From a virus: a stretch of DNA of 64,000 bases. The notes under the pieces are model-generated. The model saw only the letters and a list, made by a program, of their open reading frames with translations. It did not search any database and had not been told where the DNA came from. Every line of letters begins with the position of its first letter. Positions within the stretch are counted from its first letter, which is position 1. Positions 54,614-63,999 of the stretch are shown here, piece after piece. Made by a program: the position numbers and the translations under genes. The stretch spans positions 1 through 64,000 of IMG/VR virus record IMGVR_UViG_3300021962_000035; one strand, written 5' to 3'.

Positions 54614-56017
54614 ATGTGCGGAATATTATTAACAACTAGGGCAGAAAAAAATCCCAACATTTTAGACACGATAAAGCATAGAGGTATAGAGAGATCTATT
54701 GGAGAACTTGATAACGTTACCCTTTGTCATCATAGGCTACCTATTCAAACTTTAGATGGTGATGACTGGAATCAGCCAAGAGAGATATCTCCTGGAGTTT
54801 ATTTAATGTTCAATGGCGAGATTTTTAACTATGATCAGAACCTATATACTTCTGACACCGAATACTTGTGTAGCTTATTCTCCGGGTACAAAGGAGGTAA
54901 TTTAGAATTCTTTGCTGCCACATATACACCGCACATTCAAACTTGGGATGGATTTTGGGCTATAGTTATCTATGACTCCAATAACGGTAACGTTATCGCA
55001 TTTACCGATCCTTTGGGTAAGAAATGTCTGTATAAAAACGATCTAGGCGAAATCTGCTCTGAAATTAAAGGCCTTTACGGTCCTTTGGACGAGGTTGACG
55101 AAGCTTATATAAGCTCCGTTAGAAAATGGGGTTACAATAAAGATAATAGAACTCCGGTGAAAACAATCAAAAGGATTCTACCTAACATTTTATACTCCTA
55201 CAATATAGCATCCCCACTATTTGATAAGACCTTTGGTCCTTATTATAGAACATGGGAATCTCCTATTCCCGAACTGATTGATGCTGATTATGAAACCCAC
55301 ATGGAGTGGCTTTGGGACAAGATGTTTGAAAGCGTAGGAAACAGACTGGTTTCCAAGAACTATCCAATATCTTTATTAATCTCAGGGGGCTTAGATTCTT
55401 CCATAATTGCTGGTGTTTTGAACGAGATGAAAGCTAAGGTTACTTGGTTCAGCATAGAGAATGGTGAAACCCCCTTTGTAAACGATTTAAGCGCCCATTT
55501 AAGCACTCCTGTTAATTTTCTAGAGTATGATATGGATTCTAGTAAAAATGCGCTTATATACAAGCTATGGAACGAAACACCGGTGGATTTAGGATCTGTT
55601 ATACCCCAATATCACCTTTTTGAAGCGGTAAAGAAAAATAGCGGTTATAGAATAGTCCTAAGTGGTGACGGATCGGATGAACTTTTCGGAGGATACTCAA
55701 GAATACACGACTATGATTCACAGCAATCTGATGTTTTCGAGGAGCTCACCTATTACCATCTTCCAAGACTCGATAAGATGTCTATGGCTCACACCCTAGA
55801 GCTAAGAAGTCCCTTCCTAAATTTAGATATAGTAAGATTTGCATTGCACCTCCCTATAGAGTGGAGAACAGATAAAAAGATCTTAAAAGATACCTTTGGA
55901 CCGATGCTTCCTGATTCTATAGTGAATCGTAAAAAAGAAGCCCTCAAAAATCCAGAAATAAAAGAGGATAAGCTTAAATACCGACAAAAAGCGGTAGACC
56001 TTTTTTTAGAGCCCTAG
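54614..56017 (+). CDS. Asparagine synthetase-like glutamine amidotransferase (AsnB family)
   Basis: N-terminal MCGI (Ntn Cys), HRG, HHRLPI, FNGEIFNY, SGGLDSS, LSGDGSDELFGGY, RLDKMSMAHTLELRSPFL. Confidence 0.92.
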   Translation: MCGILLTTRAEKNPNILDTIKHRGIERSIGELDNVTLCHHRLPIQTLDGDDWNQPREISPGVYLMFNGEIFNYDQNLYTSDTEYLCSLFSGYKGGNLEFFAATYTPHIQTWDGFWAIVIYDSNNGNVIAFTDPLGKKCLYKNDLGEICSEIKGLYGPLDEVDEAYISSVRKWGYNKDNRTPVKTIKRILPNILYSYNIASPLFDKTFGPYYRTWESPIPELIDADYETHMEWLWDKMFESVGNRLVSKNYPISLLISGGLDSSIIAGVLNEMKAKVTWFSIENGETPFVNDLSAHLSTPVNFLEYDMDSSKNALIYKLWNETPVDLGSVIPQYHLFEAVKKNSGYRIVLSGDGSDELFGGYSRIHDYDSQQSDVFEELTYYHLPRLDKMSMAHTLELRSPFLNLDIVRFALHLPIEWRTDKKILKDTFGPMLPDSIVNRKKEALKNPEIKEDKLKYRQKAVDLFLEP

Positions 56018-56043
56018 AAGCTTAGATTAATATTTTCTCCGTG

Positions 56044-56051
56044 GATATATA
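56044..56051 (+). promoter_or_regulatory. Late promoter GATATATA
   Basis: Upstream of ORF 56072. Confidence 0.75.
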
Positions 56052-56071
56052 AAGAAAATAACACAACACGG

Positions 56072-56743
56072 ATGTCCAAAATTATTAAAGATTTCGATTC
56101 TTTTTCCGACGATAGAGTAAATGAGGAATTTTCTTGGGAGGGAGTAGGTAACTTCTTCACCGGATTATTCGGTTTTGCCGGAGAGGGTCTTAGAAAAACT
56201 ATAAAGCAAAAGGTTGCTGCTAAATTAATGGAGCAATTAGGGGTTAAGGAAAACTCCAATATGTCCGCTATAGTACAGGAAGTTATAGATCAAATTCCAG
56301 TAAGCGATTATCCAAAATTATTAACCGGAGAAAACGCTAATGTCGAATACCTTGCACCTATTTTAGCAAAATCCCTCCAGGAATTTATCCAGAGAAAAGG
56401 ATTTGACAGTTTAGCTGAACAAATGGGAATAGAACCTAATGGATGGCTTTACTCAACCCTAAGAGAGGGTTTACAATCAGAAAGAGGCAGAGCAATTATA
56501 GAAAATGCCTTAATCGAAGCATTCGGCGGTCCAAATGCAAAAGGTTCTGTTGGTAGAGATGCTATATCTGCTTTGGATTCTAGCGATAAAAAAGAGTTAG
56601 TTGACGCAGCTAGAAATAAGGCTTCTCAGATTTATGGTAAGCCAAATACAGTATCCCAGTCAGGTCAAAGCAAAGGAGCGATGGATTACATTTCAACTTT
56701 CTGGAACTCTCTAATGGGAGACGATAAAGCTCAAACAACTTAA
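56072..56743 (+). CDS. Probable internal head protein
   Basis: Late promoter; MSKIIKDFDSF...RVNE leader. Confidence 0.6.
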   Translation: MSKIIKDFDSFSDDRVNEEFSWEGVGNFFTGLFGFAGEGLRKTIKQKVAAKLMEQLGVKENSNMSAIVQEVIDQIPVSDYPKLLTGENANVEYLAPILAKSLQEFIQRKGFDSLAEQMGIEPNGWLYSTLREGLQSERGRAIIENALIEAFGGPNAKGSVGRDAISALDSSDKKELVDAARNKASQIYGKPNTVSQSGQSKGAMDYISTFWNSLMGDDKAQTT

Positions 56744-56753
56744 TATTAAAGAT

Positions 56754-57098
56754 ATGAACGTACAAAACGTAGCTCAAAGAGAATTACTGGACTTCAACCA
56801 GTTTCTTAAAAAAGTGCATGATAACGATTATAAGCCTTTATCACCAGCAAATCAATCTGAAGGAGGCTTAGAAAAATCTGGTCAATCACACATAAAAAGA
56901 GAACCTAGATATGACTATGCAGGATATGCAGATGCTGTTTTTGGACACCAATCTAAAATAGATGCTCCTGGATATAGAATAGATATCAACGGTAAGCCGG
57001 GTATGATGGACGTAGGTGGAATCGGTAACATTTCTAATATGGGCACTAACGAGTCTTTAAATAATGATTCATTTATTAAAAGATTAAGTGATTTTTAA
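56754..57098 (+). CDS. Hypothetical late protein
   Basis: LLDFNQFLKK near the N-terminus; ends TNESLNNDSFIKRLSDF. Confidence 0.65.
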   Translation: MNVQNVAQRELLDFNQFLKKVHDNDYKPLSPANQSEGGLEKSGQSHIKREPRYDYAGYADAVFGHQSKIDAPGYRIDINGKPGMMDVGGIGNISNMGTNESLNNDSFIKRLSDF

Positions 57099-57122
57099 AA
57101 ACAACCACCCAAAATAGATAGC

Positions 57123-57152
57123 AAAAAGAAAGAGCCTAATGGCTCTTTTTTT
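57123..57152. terminator. Bidirectional terminator between convergent genes
   Basis: AAAGAGCC-taat-GGCTCTTT flanked by A- and T-runs. Confidence 0.8.
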
Positions 57153-57879
57153 ATGTTCCTATTTGTTCAATAAATTTTTCCTTTGCTAACTTATAGATCT
57201 CAGAATTTTCTTCGAAGTTTTCGTAGATCTCTATAACATAGAATTTAGGTGAATATTTGGTGTCCGCCTTTATCTCATTTAGTATCTCGTGGTAGATGTA
57301 CTCGTAATTAAGAGAAAAGAATGAGTTTTTTAAATGGATCTTCTTCATTATAGAAACCTCCTTTTCACCCTCTGCAGTTTCCATTTTCACGTTAGACTTA
57401 AAAAAATAATTCAGTAGCTTATCAGTAACCATATTTCTGATTATAACTATTCCTGAATTTTCTACAGGATTATGGGTACTAAACTTGGATTGGATTTTAA
57501 AGATCTTTATCTTTGATTCCTCTTCTTTAAGTATTTCTAAACAAACCTCCGAATATTCATATAGCGTTTGTAGTGAATCTTCTATTATGGAATCCAGGGT
57601 TTCTTTTTGATCCGAGCTTAGACCGTCATATTCAAAAGAATCCAGATAATCACTGTCTTCCTTTTTTAGAGATTTTACTAAGGATTGTGATAGCGACTTA
57701 TCCCTCCTAAAATCATTCAGTATCCTGACTATTCTCGATATCTCCCTTAGTATCGAATAGCAGTTATCCTTATTTAGATCCTTGCTTGTCTCTTTTAGGT
57801 AATCTAATAAGACGTATTCTTTGTGCTCCGAGTCTAATGGCTCTTTTAAGAACCATATAGGACTTATACCCTTTGACAT
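57151..57879 (-). CDS. Hypothetical protein; the only convincing minus-strand gene
   Basis: Fills a gap with no long + strand ORF; converges on a bidirectional terminator; N-terminus WFLKEPLDSEHKEYVLLDYL. Confidence 0.8.
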   Translation of the reverse strand: MSKGISPIWFLKEPLDSEHKEYVLLDYLKETSKDLNKDNCYSILREISRIVRILNDFRRDKSLSQSLVKSLKKEDSDYLDSFEYDGLSSDQKETLDSIIEDSLQTLYEYSEVCLEILKEEESKIKIFKIQSKFSTHNPVENSGIVIIRNMVTDKLLNYFFKSNVKMETAEGEKEVSIMKKIHLKNSFFSLNYEYIYHEILNEIKADTKYSPKFYVIEIYENFEENSEIYKLAKEKFIEQIGT

Positions 57880-57940
57880 CCCTATGTTATTTAGTTAATA
57901 TACATAATTATATATTCTCTTCCGTAAAAAATAAAAAATG

Positions 57941-57948
57941 GATATATA
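57941..57948 (+). promoter_or_regulatory. Late promoter GATATATA
   Basis: Upstream of ORF 57967. Confidence 0.75.
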
Positions 57949-57966
57949 GAAGAAAAACCTAACAAA

Positions 57967-58410
57967 GTGGGAAGAATTTACGATTATTCTGCGTATAGCG
58001 CATCCAAAAAAGGAGGATCCAGAGGTGACTATTCCTTCGGAAGCGAGCTAAAGTATTCTGAGATAGACTTGTTTAATAGACCCGAAGAATATGCAGACCT
58101 AGATGATGCTAAAGCTTTTATAGAGTATAGCATAGATCTGATAGTAAAAAAATCTGGTATAGATGACTTTATATTTAATATAGATTCAATAGAACTAGAA
58201 TTTAAGATTGATGATTACCCTAACGATCCTAAAGAATTTGATATTGATTTAATTCCTGGTAAAACTATAGATTACAGCCAACTTAATGCGGAAAAGCTTT
58301 CTTCTATTATACCTACCTACCCGAATAATTTATCCATAGACATGAATAAATCTACGGACCCTAAGAATTTTAAAATTACCGCTTCCTTCGGAAGCGATTA
58401 TGTTGACTAA
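57967..58410 (+). CDS. Hypothetical late protein
   Basis: Preceded by GATATATA; acidic composition. Confidence 0.7.
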   Translation: MGRIYDYSAYSASKKGGSRGDYSFGSELKYSEIDLFNRPEEYADLDDAKAFIEYSIDLIVKKSGIDDFIFNIDSIELEFKIDDYPNDPKEFDIDLIPGKTIDYSQLNAEKLSSIIPTYPNNLSIDMNKSTDPKNFKITASFGSDYVD

Positions 58411-59326
58411 TATGGTACTCGGATTTAATGATTATCAGAGATCCAAAATAAACGAGAGCGGATCTTATGCTGTCCCCGGAATAAAGGATTCTTGGGGGAG
58501 TGGATATGTGATCTCCGTTGTAGATGCAACCGACGGAAAGGAACAGCCAAAAGATAAGATAATCATACCAAAGAAGAATGAAAAATCTATAGCTTTATGC
58601 TACGTAGACAATGACGGAAATCAGTCTGAGTATGTGTGGATACCTATGGATGCTTGTTCAATGAAAAAATCCGATGTCGACGAAATAACTGAGATCCATC
58701 TGGATCCATACAAAAAGTGGATAACTTCAAGCGTGAATAAATCTAAGGTTGATGATTTAATTGAAGATTTTGCAGATCATTTGGAGACATCAAAAACCAC
58801 AGGGCAAGAAAGAATAAAACAAAATGCACAAGATGATGTAGAATTGCTAATGGATCTGATAGGTATACCTGGGTCCATAGAATCTTTCGAATCCTGCGGT
58901 GATTATATTTGGGATGCTAAACTGGACAACGGTATGTTGATCGAAATAACTAAAAGAAGCAAGGACGATCTTTTATCTAAATTTAAAATATATCTAAATG
59001 CTAGCGATCACCATCCTTGTGTTTACATAAATAACGATTCATTAGATAAGAAAACCTCATTCAAAATACCTGATATGAATGTAATCACCGTTCCCAAGGG
59101 ATTTACTGAGGTAAAGAATCCTGATCCTTACATAAAGTACCTTACCAGAAGATCTATGGATATCCACACTCCATCTGATCAAGAGTCCCTTTTCAAACAC
59201 TTCCAGAACTTAATATCATCAGGTTCAGGGGACAAGGAATTATTGAAAGATATAGTTTCTCTGCTTTCCGAATTTATGGATAAAAGAGATGTTGAAGAAG
59301 CATCGGGAAGCATTAATCAAGAATAA
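58400..59326 (+). CDS. Probable internal head protein
   Basis: MVLGFNDYQRSKINE leader. Confidence 0.6.
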   Translation: MLTNMVLGFNDYQRSKINESGSYAVPGIKDSWGSGYVISVVDATDGKEQPKDKIIIPKKNEKSIALCYVDNDGNQSEYVWIPMDACSMKKSDVDEITEIHLDPYKKWITSSVNKSKVDDLIEDFADHLETSKTTGQERIKQNAQDDVELLMDLIGIPGSIESFESCGDYIWDAKLDNGMLIEITKRSKDDLLSKFKIYLNASDHHPCVYINNDSLDKKTSFKIPDMNVITVPKGFTEVKNPDPYIKYLTRRSMDIHTPSDQESLFKHFQNLISSGSGDKELLKDIVSLLSEFMDKRDVEEASGSINQE

Positions 59327-59337
59327 TCTTAATAGCC

Positions 59338-59366
59338 GAAACAAAGACCTTTCACATTTCTACAAT
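59338..59366 (+). promoter_or_regulatory. Middle/ECF-type promoter GAAAC-N17-CTACAAT
   Basis: Upstream of ORF 59372. Confidence 0.6.
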
Positions 59367-59371
59367 TAGAT

Positions 59372-59641
59372 ATGGAAATAGGCGAGGATTTTGTTTTACC
59401 CTATGGTGAAAGACTTATTTTAAGTAAACCATCTGGATATTCTGTCGTCGAATATTCCCGTCATCCGGATAAAGATCTTGATAATATAGTGGAAGTTTGG
59501 AAATACGATAAGAGGAAGGGCAAGAAAGGAGAAGCTTCCTGGATAATCCTTAAAGATCTGTATTCCAACATAAGATCTCTGAGAGAAGAATATACACAGC
59601 AAACGTTGGAAACAATCCCTAAAAAATCAGATAAAAAATAA
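59372..59641 (+). CDS. Hypothetical protein
   Basis: ORF directly after a GAAAC-N17-CTACAAT element. Confidence 0.65.
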   Translation: MEIGEDFVLPYGERLILSKPSGYSVVEYSRHPDKDLDNIVEVWKYDKRKGKKGEASWIILKDLYSNIRSLREEYTQQTLETIPKKSDKK

Positions 59642-59645
59642 TGCT

Positions 59646-60290
59646 ATGGGGATATTTTCTTCATTATTTAAGAAAGATAAAAAAAAGAAAAAAATGGAAA
59701 TAAACGAACAAACAATAAATGATGCTCGTTCATATTACGGTGCACATGATTTTCAGTGGATTAAGGGGGATGACGCAGGAAATACTGAAATATTTAAAAA
59801 CATATCCCTGAATGGAGATATCTCATTTATTGAATTTAATAGCGGTAAAAGAATAAACACGGAACTTCTGGAAGAATTTATGATAATGCTTCCAGCCCAA
59901 CCAAAACCCGTTGAAATCCCTCAGCCTCAATATAATCCACCGGTTCAAACCCACCAGTCCACCGTTACCTCCATCATATATGACGATGCAAAAAATGCTC
60001 AAATTGATTCACCGATATATAAGTTACTGAAAAAGCAGAAAAAGAACATGGTCGAGGTTTCAATAAAGATAAAATTGAATCTTCCTCCTAAAGATCTTTA
60101 CACTGTTCTTTCTGGCTCTTTTGAGGATGCAGAAAAGGAAATAATAGATTTTGTTTTGGATGGAGTTGATATAGAGAATATAAAAGCATCTCTATCCGAT
60201 TCTATCAAAAAATCTTATTACACTGACTCTAAACCGCAAGAGGGGGCAAAGAAAAGTACAAAACCACAAAAAGAAACCAATGAGCAATAA
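59646..60290 (+). CDS. Hypothetical protein
   Basis: Clean ORF; alternative start at 59694. Confidence 0.7.
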   Translation: MGIFSSLFKKDKKKKKMEINEQTINDARSYYGAHDFQWIKGDDAGNTEIFKNISLNGDISFIEFNSGKRINTELLEEFMIMLPAQPKPVEIPQPQYNPPVQTHQSTVTSIIYDDAKNAQIDSPIYKLLKKQKKNMVEVSIKIKLNLPPKDLYTVLSGSFEDAEKEIIDFVLDGVDIENIKASLSDSIKKSYYTDSKPQEGAKKSTKPQKETNEQ

Positions 60291-60867
60291 CGAAGAAAAA
60301 ATATTGACATCCACCCCAAGATTTGATGTTATCGAAAGGGACGGAAAGGTTGGAATAAGATCCACTGTAGAATCTGTGATAATACTTCCCTTTGTCACAG
60401 ATGATCAAGGCTTACCTCTAATGCTAGGAGTTCTTAAAGAAAAGAACCCTTTCAGAGAAGGAGGATATTCGGTTAGCTTGATATCAGGTACGTCAGAGGA
60501 CGAGGATCCAGATTTTCTAGAGACTGCAAAAAGAGAACTAAAGGAGGAATCTGGATTTGATGTTGAAGACAGTTCTAAGTGGTATTTTCTAGGAACAGTA
60601 ACAGCTTCTAAAATGGTGGATGCCGAGCATCCGTGTTTTGCTGTAGATGTTACGGGAATAAATAAAGGTGAAGCGACAACTGATGGATCTGAACAGGAAA
60701 GACTTTCTGAATTTATTTTTATCCCTGCTAACGATGTGGTTAAAGCTAAGGATGTCTTTGTACCTGCAATATTTTTAAAACTTTTTAAATTTGTTGTTGG
60801 TATGGATCTTTATAATAGAGACGATTCGACTTTTGGTAAATCAAAAGGATTTAGCGTAGAGATTTAA
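60280..60867 (+). CDS. NUDIX hydrolase
   Basis: Nudix box GTSEDEDPDFLETAKRELKEESGF. Confidence 0.85.
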   Translation: MSNNEEKILTSTPRFDVIERDGKVGIRSTVESVIILPFVTDDQGLPLMLGVLKEKNPFREGGYSVSLISGTSEDEDPDFLETAKRELKEESGFDVEDSSKWYFLGTVTASKMVDAEHPCFAVDVTGINKGEATTDGSEQERLSEFIFIPANDVVKAKDVFVPAIFLKLFKFVVGMDLYNRDDSTFGKSKGFSVEI

Positions 60868-60879
60868 AATTTTTTAAGA

Positions 60880-61167
60880 ATGCAAAATAGAAGAGAAAGA
60901 AGAAAACTTCTTAGACAGTTTGGTCTCCTTAAACCAAACAAATCAAATAAAGCTTTATCCGGTCTGAGCAACATAGAATCTGGTAAAGAACTTCATAGAC
61001 AGAATCTCCAGGATATGAAGAACCAAGAAATATTAAGAAACAAAATTCAGAATCCAGAATCTGTGGAAAATCATGAGATATTTTTCTATAGAAACGAATC
61101 CACAGACTATGGTAATTTCCAGTCGATGCTAATTAATAAAGACTGGGAAAATCTTGAAAATGATTGA
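60880..61167 (+). CDS. Hypothetical protein (basic NRRERR N-terminus)
   Basis: Clean ORF within an operon. Confidence 0.65.
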   Translation: MQNRRERRKLLRQFGLLKPNKSNKALSGLSNIESGKELHRQNLQDMKNQEILRNKIQNPESVENHEIFFYRNESTDYGNFQSMLINKDWENLEND

Positions 61168-61507
61168 TTTAGTAGAAATGTCCAAAAGGATTAGTGTAAA
61201 TTTTTATATCTCCAGGCACTCTCCAAAGGAAGCTAGAAAGCGGTCCAGCTTTTCTAGTGATTTCTATGTGATCGATATCACCAAGATTATAAGGGATCTT
61301 GGATACGAGACAATCAGCATGACCCCCGAATCTGAATTCATATTAAACCATTCAATTCGTAATAAAATAACTCAGGGAATATATAGTACGAAGTGTGATA
61401 GTATACTCGTTTGCTATAGAAATATGCCCTCTGATTTTAGAGACAATCTAGAAGATTTCCTTGAGGAGTTCGTAGACACAATCGAATATTCTATCCACAA
61501 TTTGTAA
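61154..61507 (+). CDS. Hypothetical protein
   Basis: Overlapping ORF within an operon. Confidence 0.6.
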   Translation: MKMIDLVEMSKRISVNFYISRHSPKEARKRSSFSSDFYVIDITKIIRDLGYETISMTPESEFILNHSIRNKITQGIYSTKCDSILVCYRNMPSDFRDNLEDFLEEFVDTIEYSIHNL

Positions 61508-61527
61508 AAAAATTAGGATGATAGAAA

Positions 61528-63417
61528 ATGCCATCGTATAATAAGGAAGCTTTAGGTCTTCTTTGGGAAGCTTCCCGCCAAGGAACAGCCCAGGACATAG
61601 TTTCAGAAATGAGTAACCTGGGGTCCAATAACCCCTTTAAAGGACCAACTGCTAGGTCTCTCTTTTATGAGGCTGGAAGAAGAAATCCTGGTAAATATGG
61701 CCAATACCTATTCTATTCATTGGGTAGTGGTGGTAACGATTTTATCGATGCCTACTACAGATCGGAATCGCAAGACTATAACACTAGAGTTTCCTCTATA
61801 GAATCTAAAAATCCTAGCGCGGGTTTTTTAGTTAACGAGACTCTTACATTAGAAATGTCCAGTGATTTAAACACCGGAATCCTCAGTGGTCTTATTTCGG
61901 GATATGAAGGATCGATAGTAGGAGGATTATCTGCACCATATTACTGGAAAGATTTCCTTTATTGTAAACACTATGGAACCATTCCAAATAACTATATGAT
62001 AACTCTTAGGAGATATCCAACCCCAGTTTTAGATAATTTATCCATACCAGCATACAAGAAAGATTTAAAAAGCACTGAAGCATACACAGCGGGCGGAGTT
62101 GGAAGACCTGTTGCTCAAGCGGTTACATGGTTCGGCGGTAACACCTCTAATACTTTAAGCTCGCTAATCGGATTCACAACTGGGATTCAATGGGATGGTG
62201 CCAATCAACCGGACGTAAAAACCCAAGAAGCCTTTACAAAGGGATTCTTCCAGGACGGACCGGTAAAATGGATCGGTGGAGCTTTGCAAAAAATATCAGA
62301 TAAAGCGGGTAATGCTTTTGATATTGGAGCTGCCATTTTTAATGGAGCTATTGCCGCAACAGACGTTGATGAAACACTAACCAAATCAATCAGAGCTAAG
62401 AATTTTAGAGATAATGCCAAAGAAAGGGGAGGACTTTTAGGTGAATATATTTGGGTTCCTGTTGACGTTGTTTCGAATGGATATAAAAGAGGCATGGGAC
62501 TTACCTTTAGCTGGGATGCTCTGACCATTGTGTTTGAATATGAACTAAGTTCTGTTGGAGAAGTTAACAGTAAGGCGGCACTTTTGGATATCATGGGTAA
62601 TTTATTGTCCATTGGAACAAACTATGGTAATTTTTTAACCCCCGATATTAGATACAATAATCAATTTCCAGCTATAGGATTTCCGGGAGGAGAAAAAGGA
62701 CTTAATGATTTTTACAATGATCCTTTAGCTTGGATAACCACTTACGGTGCAAAGCTAGCAAATTTAACTGCTGGTTCTAGCTCATCCGAAAGTCAAGACC
62801 AAGGAAGCGAACCGGAAACCATCGGTGGAGCTGGGGATCAATTTTCTTCCGATCAATTAAATGCCATAAGAGATATTTATACAAAAATAGGTAAGGGAAC
62901 GGGAAGTCTAACAGAAGCTTTAGCACAATTGAAGAGTACTCTTGGTGACGACGCTTCTAGATTATTGAAATTTGCAGTGACCTCTGAATTTCTTTCCAGT
63001 TTCCAAGAGCCTGTGAGCTTTTTGACTGGAGCACCAATAGGGGAATGGCATTTGACTATCGGTAATCCATGTAACCCTATAGCAATGATAGGTAATCTAA
63101 TTTGTGATGGGGTTTCTATAGAATTTGGTGATGTACTAGGACCTGATGATTTCCCTACTACTTTAAAAGCCACCTTCACTTTAAAACACGCTAGAGATAG
63201 GGAGAGAGGGGAGATAGAAAGTATATTCAACCGAGGTGATGGAAGACTTTATCAGACCGCACAACCCACCTCTGCAAATCAACAAAGCTTTGATGCTGTT
63301 TCTGATGTTAACGGTAACAGATTCAGCGAAGAATATGTTAACCAGGCTTTAAACGGAGGAGCTTGGGGTTCACAACTTGATGGATTGGGTGATCAGCAAG
63401 GCCCAACAAATCCCTAA
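61528..63417 (+). CDS. Virion baseplate-region protein (possibly tube-initiator/cap-like)
   Basis: GEWHLTIGNPCNPIAMIGNLICDGVSIEF...FPTTLKATFTLK is a tube-like beta pattern; precedes a gp53-like gene. Confidence 0.45.
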   Translation: MPSYNKEALGLLWEASRQGTAQDIVSEMSNLGSNNPFKGPTARSLFYEAGRRNPGKYGQYLFYSLGSGGNDFIDAYYRSESQDYNTRVSSIESKNPSAGFLVNETLTLEMSSDLNTGILSGLISGYEGSIVGGLSAPYYWKDFLYCKHYGTIPNNYMITLRRYPTPVLDNLSIPAYKKDLKSTEAYTAGGVGRPVAQAVTWFGGNTSNTLSSLIGFTTGIQWDGANQPDVKTQEAFTKGFFQDGPVKWIGGALQKISDKAGNAFDIGAAIFNGAIAATDVDETLTKSIRAKNFRDNAKERGGLLGEYIWVPVDVVSNGYKRGMGLTFSWDALTIVFEYELSSVGEVNSKAALLDIMGNLLSIGTNYGNFLTPDIRYNNQFPAIGFPGGEKGLNDFYNDPLAWITTYGAKLANLTAGSSSSESQDQGSEPETIGGAGDQFSSDQLNAIRDIYTKIGKGTGSLTEALAQLKSTLGDDASRLLKFAVTSEFLSSFQEPVSFLTGAPIGEWHLTIGNPCNPIAMIGNLICDGVSIEFGDVLGPDDFPTTLKATFTLKHARDRERGEIESIFNRGDGRLYQTAQPTSANQQSFDAVSDVNGNRFSEEYVNQALNGGAWGSQLDGLGDQQGPTNP

Positions 63418-63435
63418 ATAAAATAAATCAATAAA

Positions 63436-63999
63436 ATGGCACTGGAAATAGATACACTGACCAATAATAAAAGAATATTCAATCCGGATAGCACTTTAAA
63501 TTCTACCGGTAGCTATGGAGTATGGGATCTCACTAAAGCTTCCATGACTTATAATAATGTCTCTGTACAGATAAAAACATTTTTTGCAGTAACTGAGTAC
63601 TATCAGATGAGACCTGATATCATAGCTGCTATTAAGCTGGGTGATCAAGGAATGGTTGGGTCCTTGTTAAAATTCAATAGCGTAAGTAATCCTTTTGCTG
63701 TCAAGGAAGGCACTGTCTTTGCAATACCTGAATCATCAACTGTACAGGAGAGCTTTAGAACAAAACAAATTAAAGATCAAACGGCCGTTAGTTCGAATAC
63801 GAACACAAATCCAAATAACGTGTTTAAGAAAAACCAAGAACAGAAAAAATTCAAGGTTAGCGAGGGTAGGAAAAAATATTTGCAGGACAAAGTAAAAAAT
63901 AAGCCTGCAATGGATTTACCGCCTAATGTTCTTCAACCAGGGGAGAAAGTAATAGATAAAAAGAACGGATTCTTCATATTTGCACCTGATGCAGGTGGA
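63436..63999 (+). CDS. Baseplate wedge protein gp53-like (LysM-like); 3' partial, absent from the ORF track
   Basis: ATG 63436 is open to the window end: MALEIDTL...YQMRPDIIAAIKLGD...LLKFNSVSNPF. Confidence 0.65.
   Translation, partial: MALEIDTLTNNKRIFNPDSTLNSTGSYGVWDLTKASMTYNNVSVQIKTFFAVTEYYQMRPDIIAAIKLGDQGMVGSLLKFNSVSNPFAVKEGTVFAIPESSTVQESFRTKQIKDQTAVSSNTNTNPNNVFKKNQEQKKFKVSEGRKKYLQDKVKNKPAMDLPPNVLQPGEKVIDKKNGFFIFAPDAGG

Noticed and set aside
63695-63895. Track ORF of 66 aa
   Set aside because: Out-of-frame shadow inside the gp53-like gene that starts at 63436.
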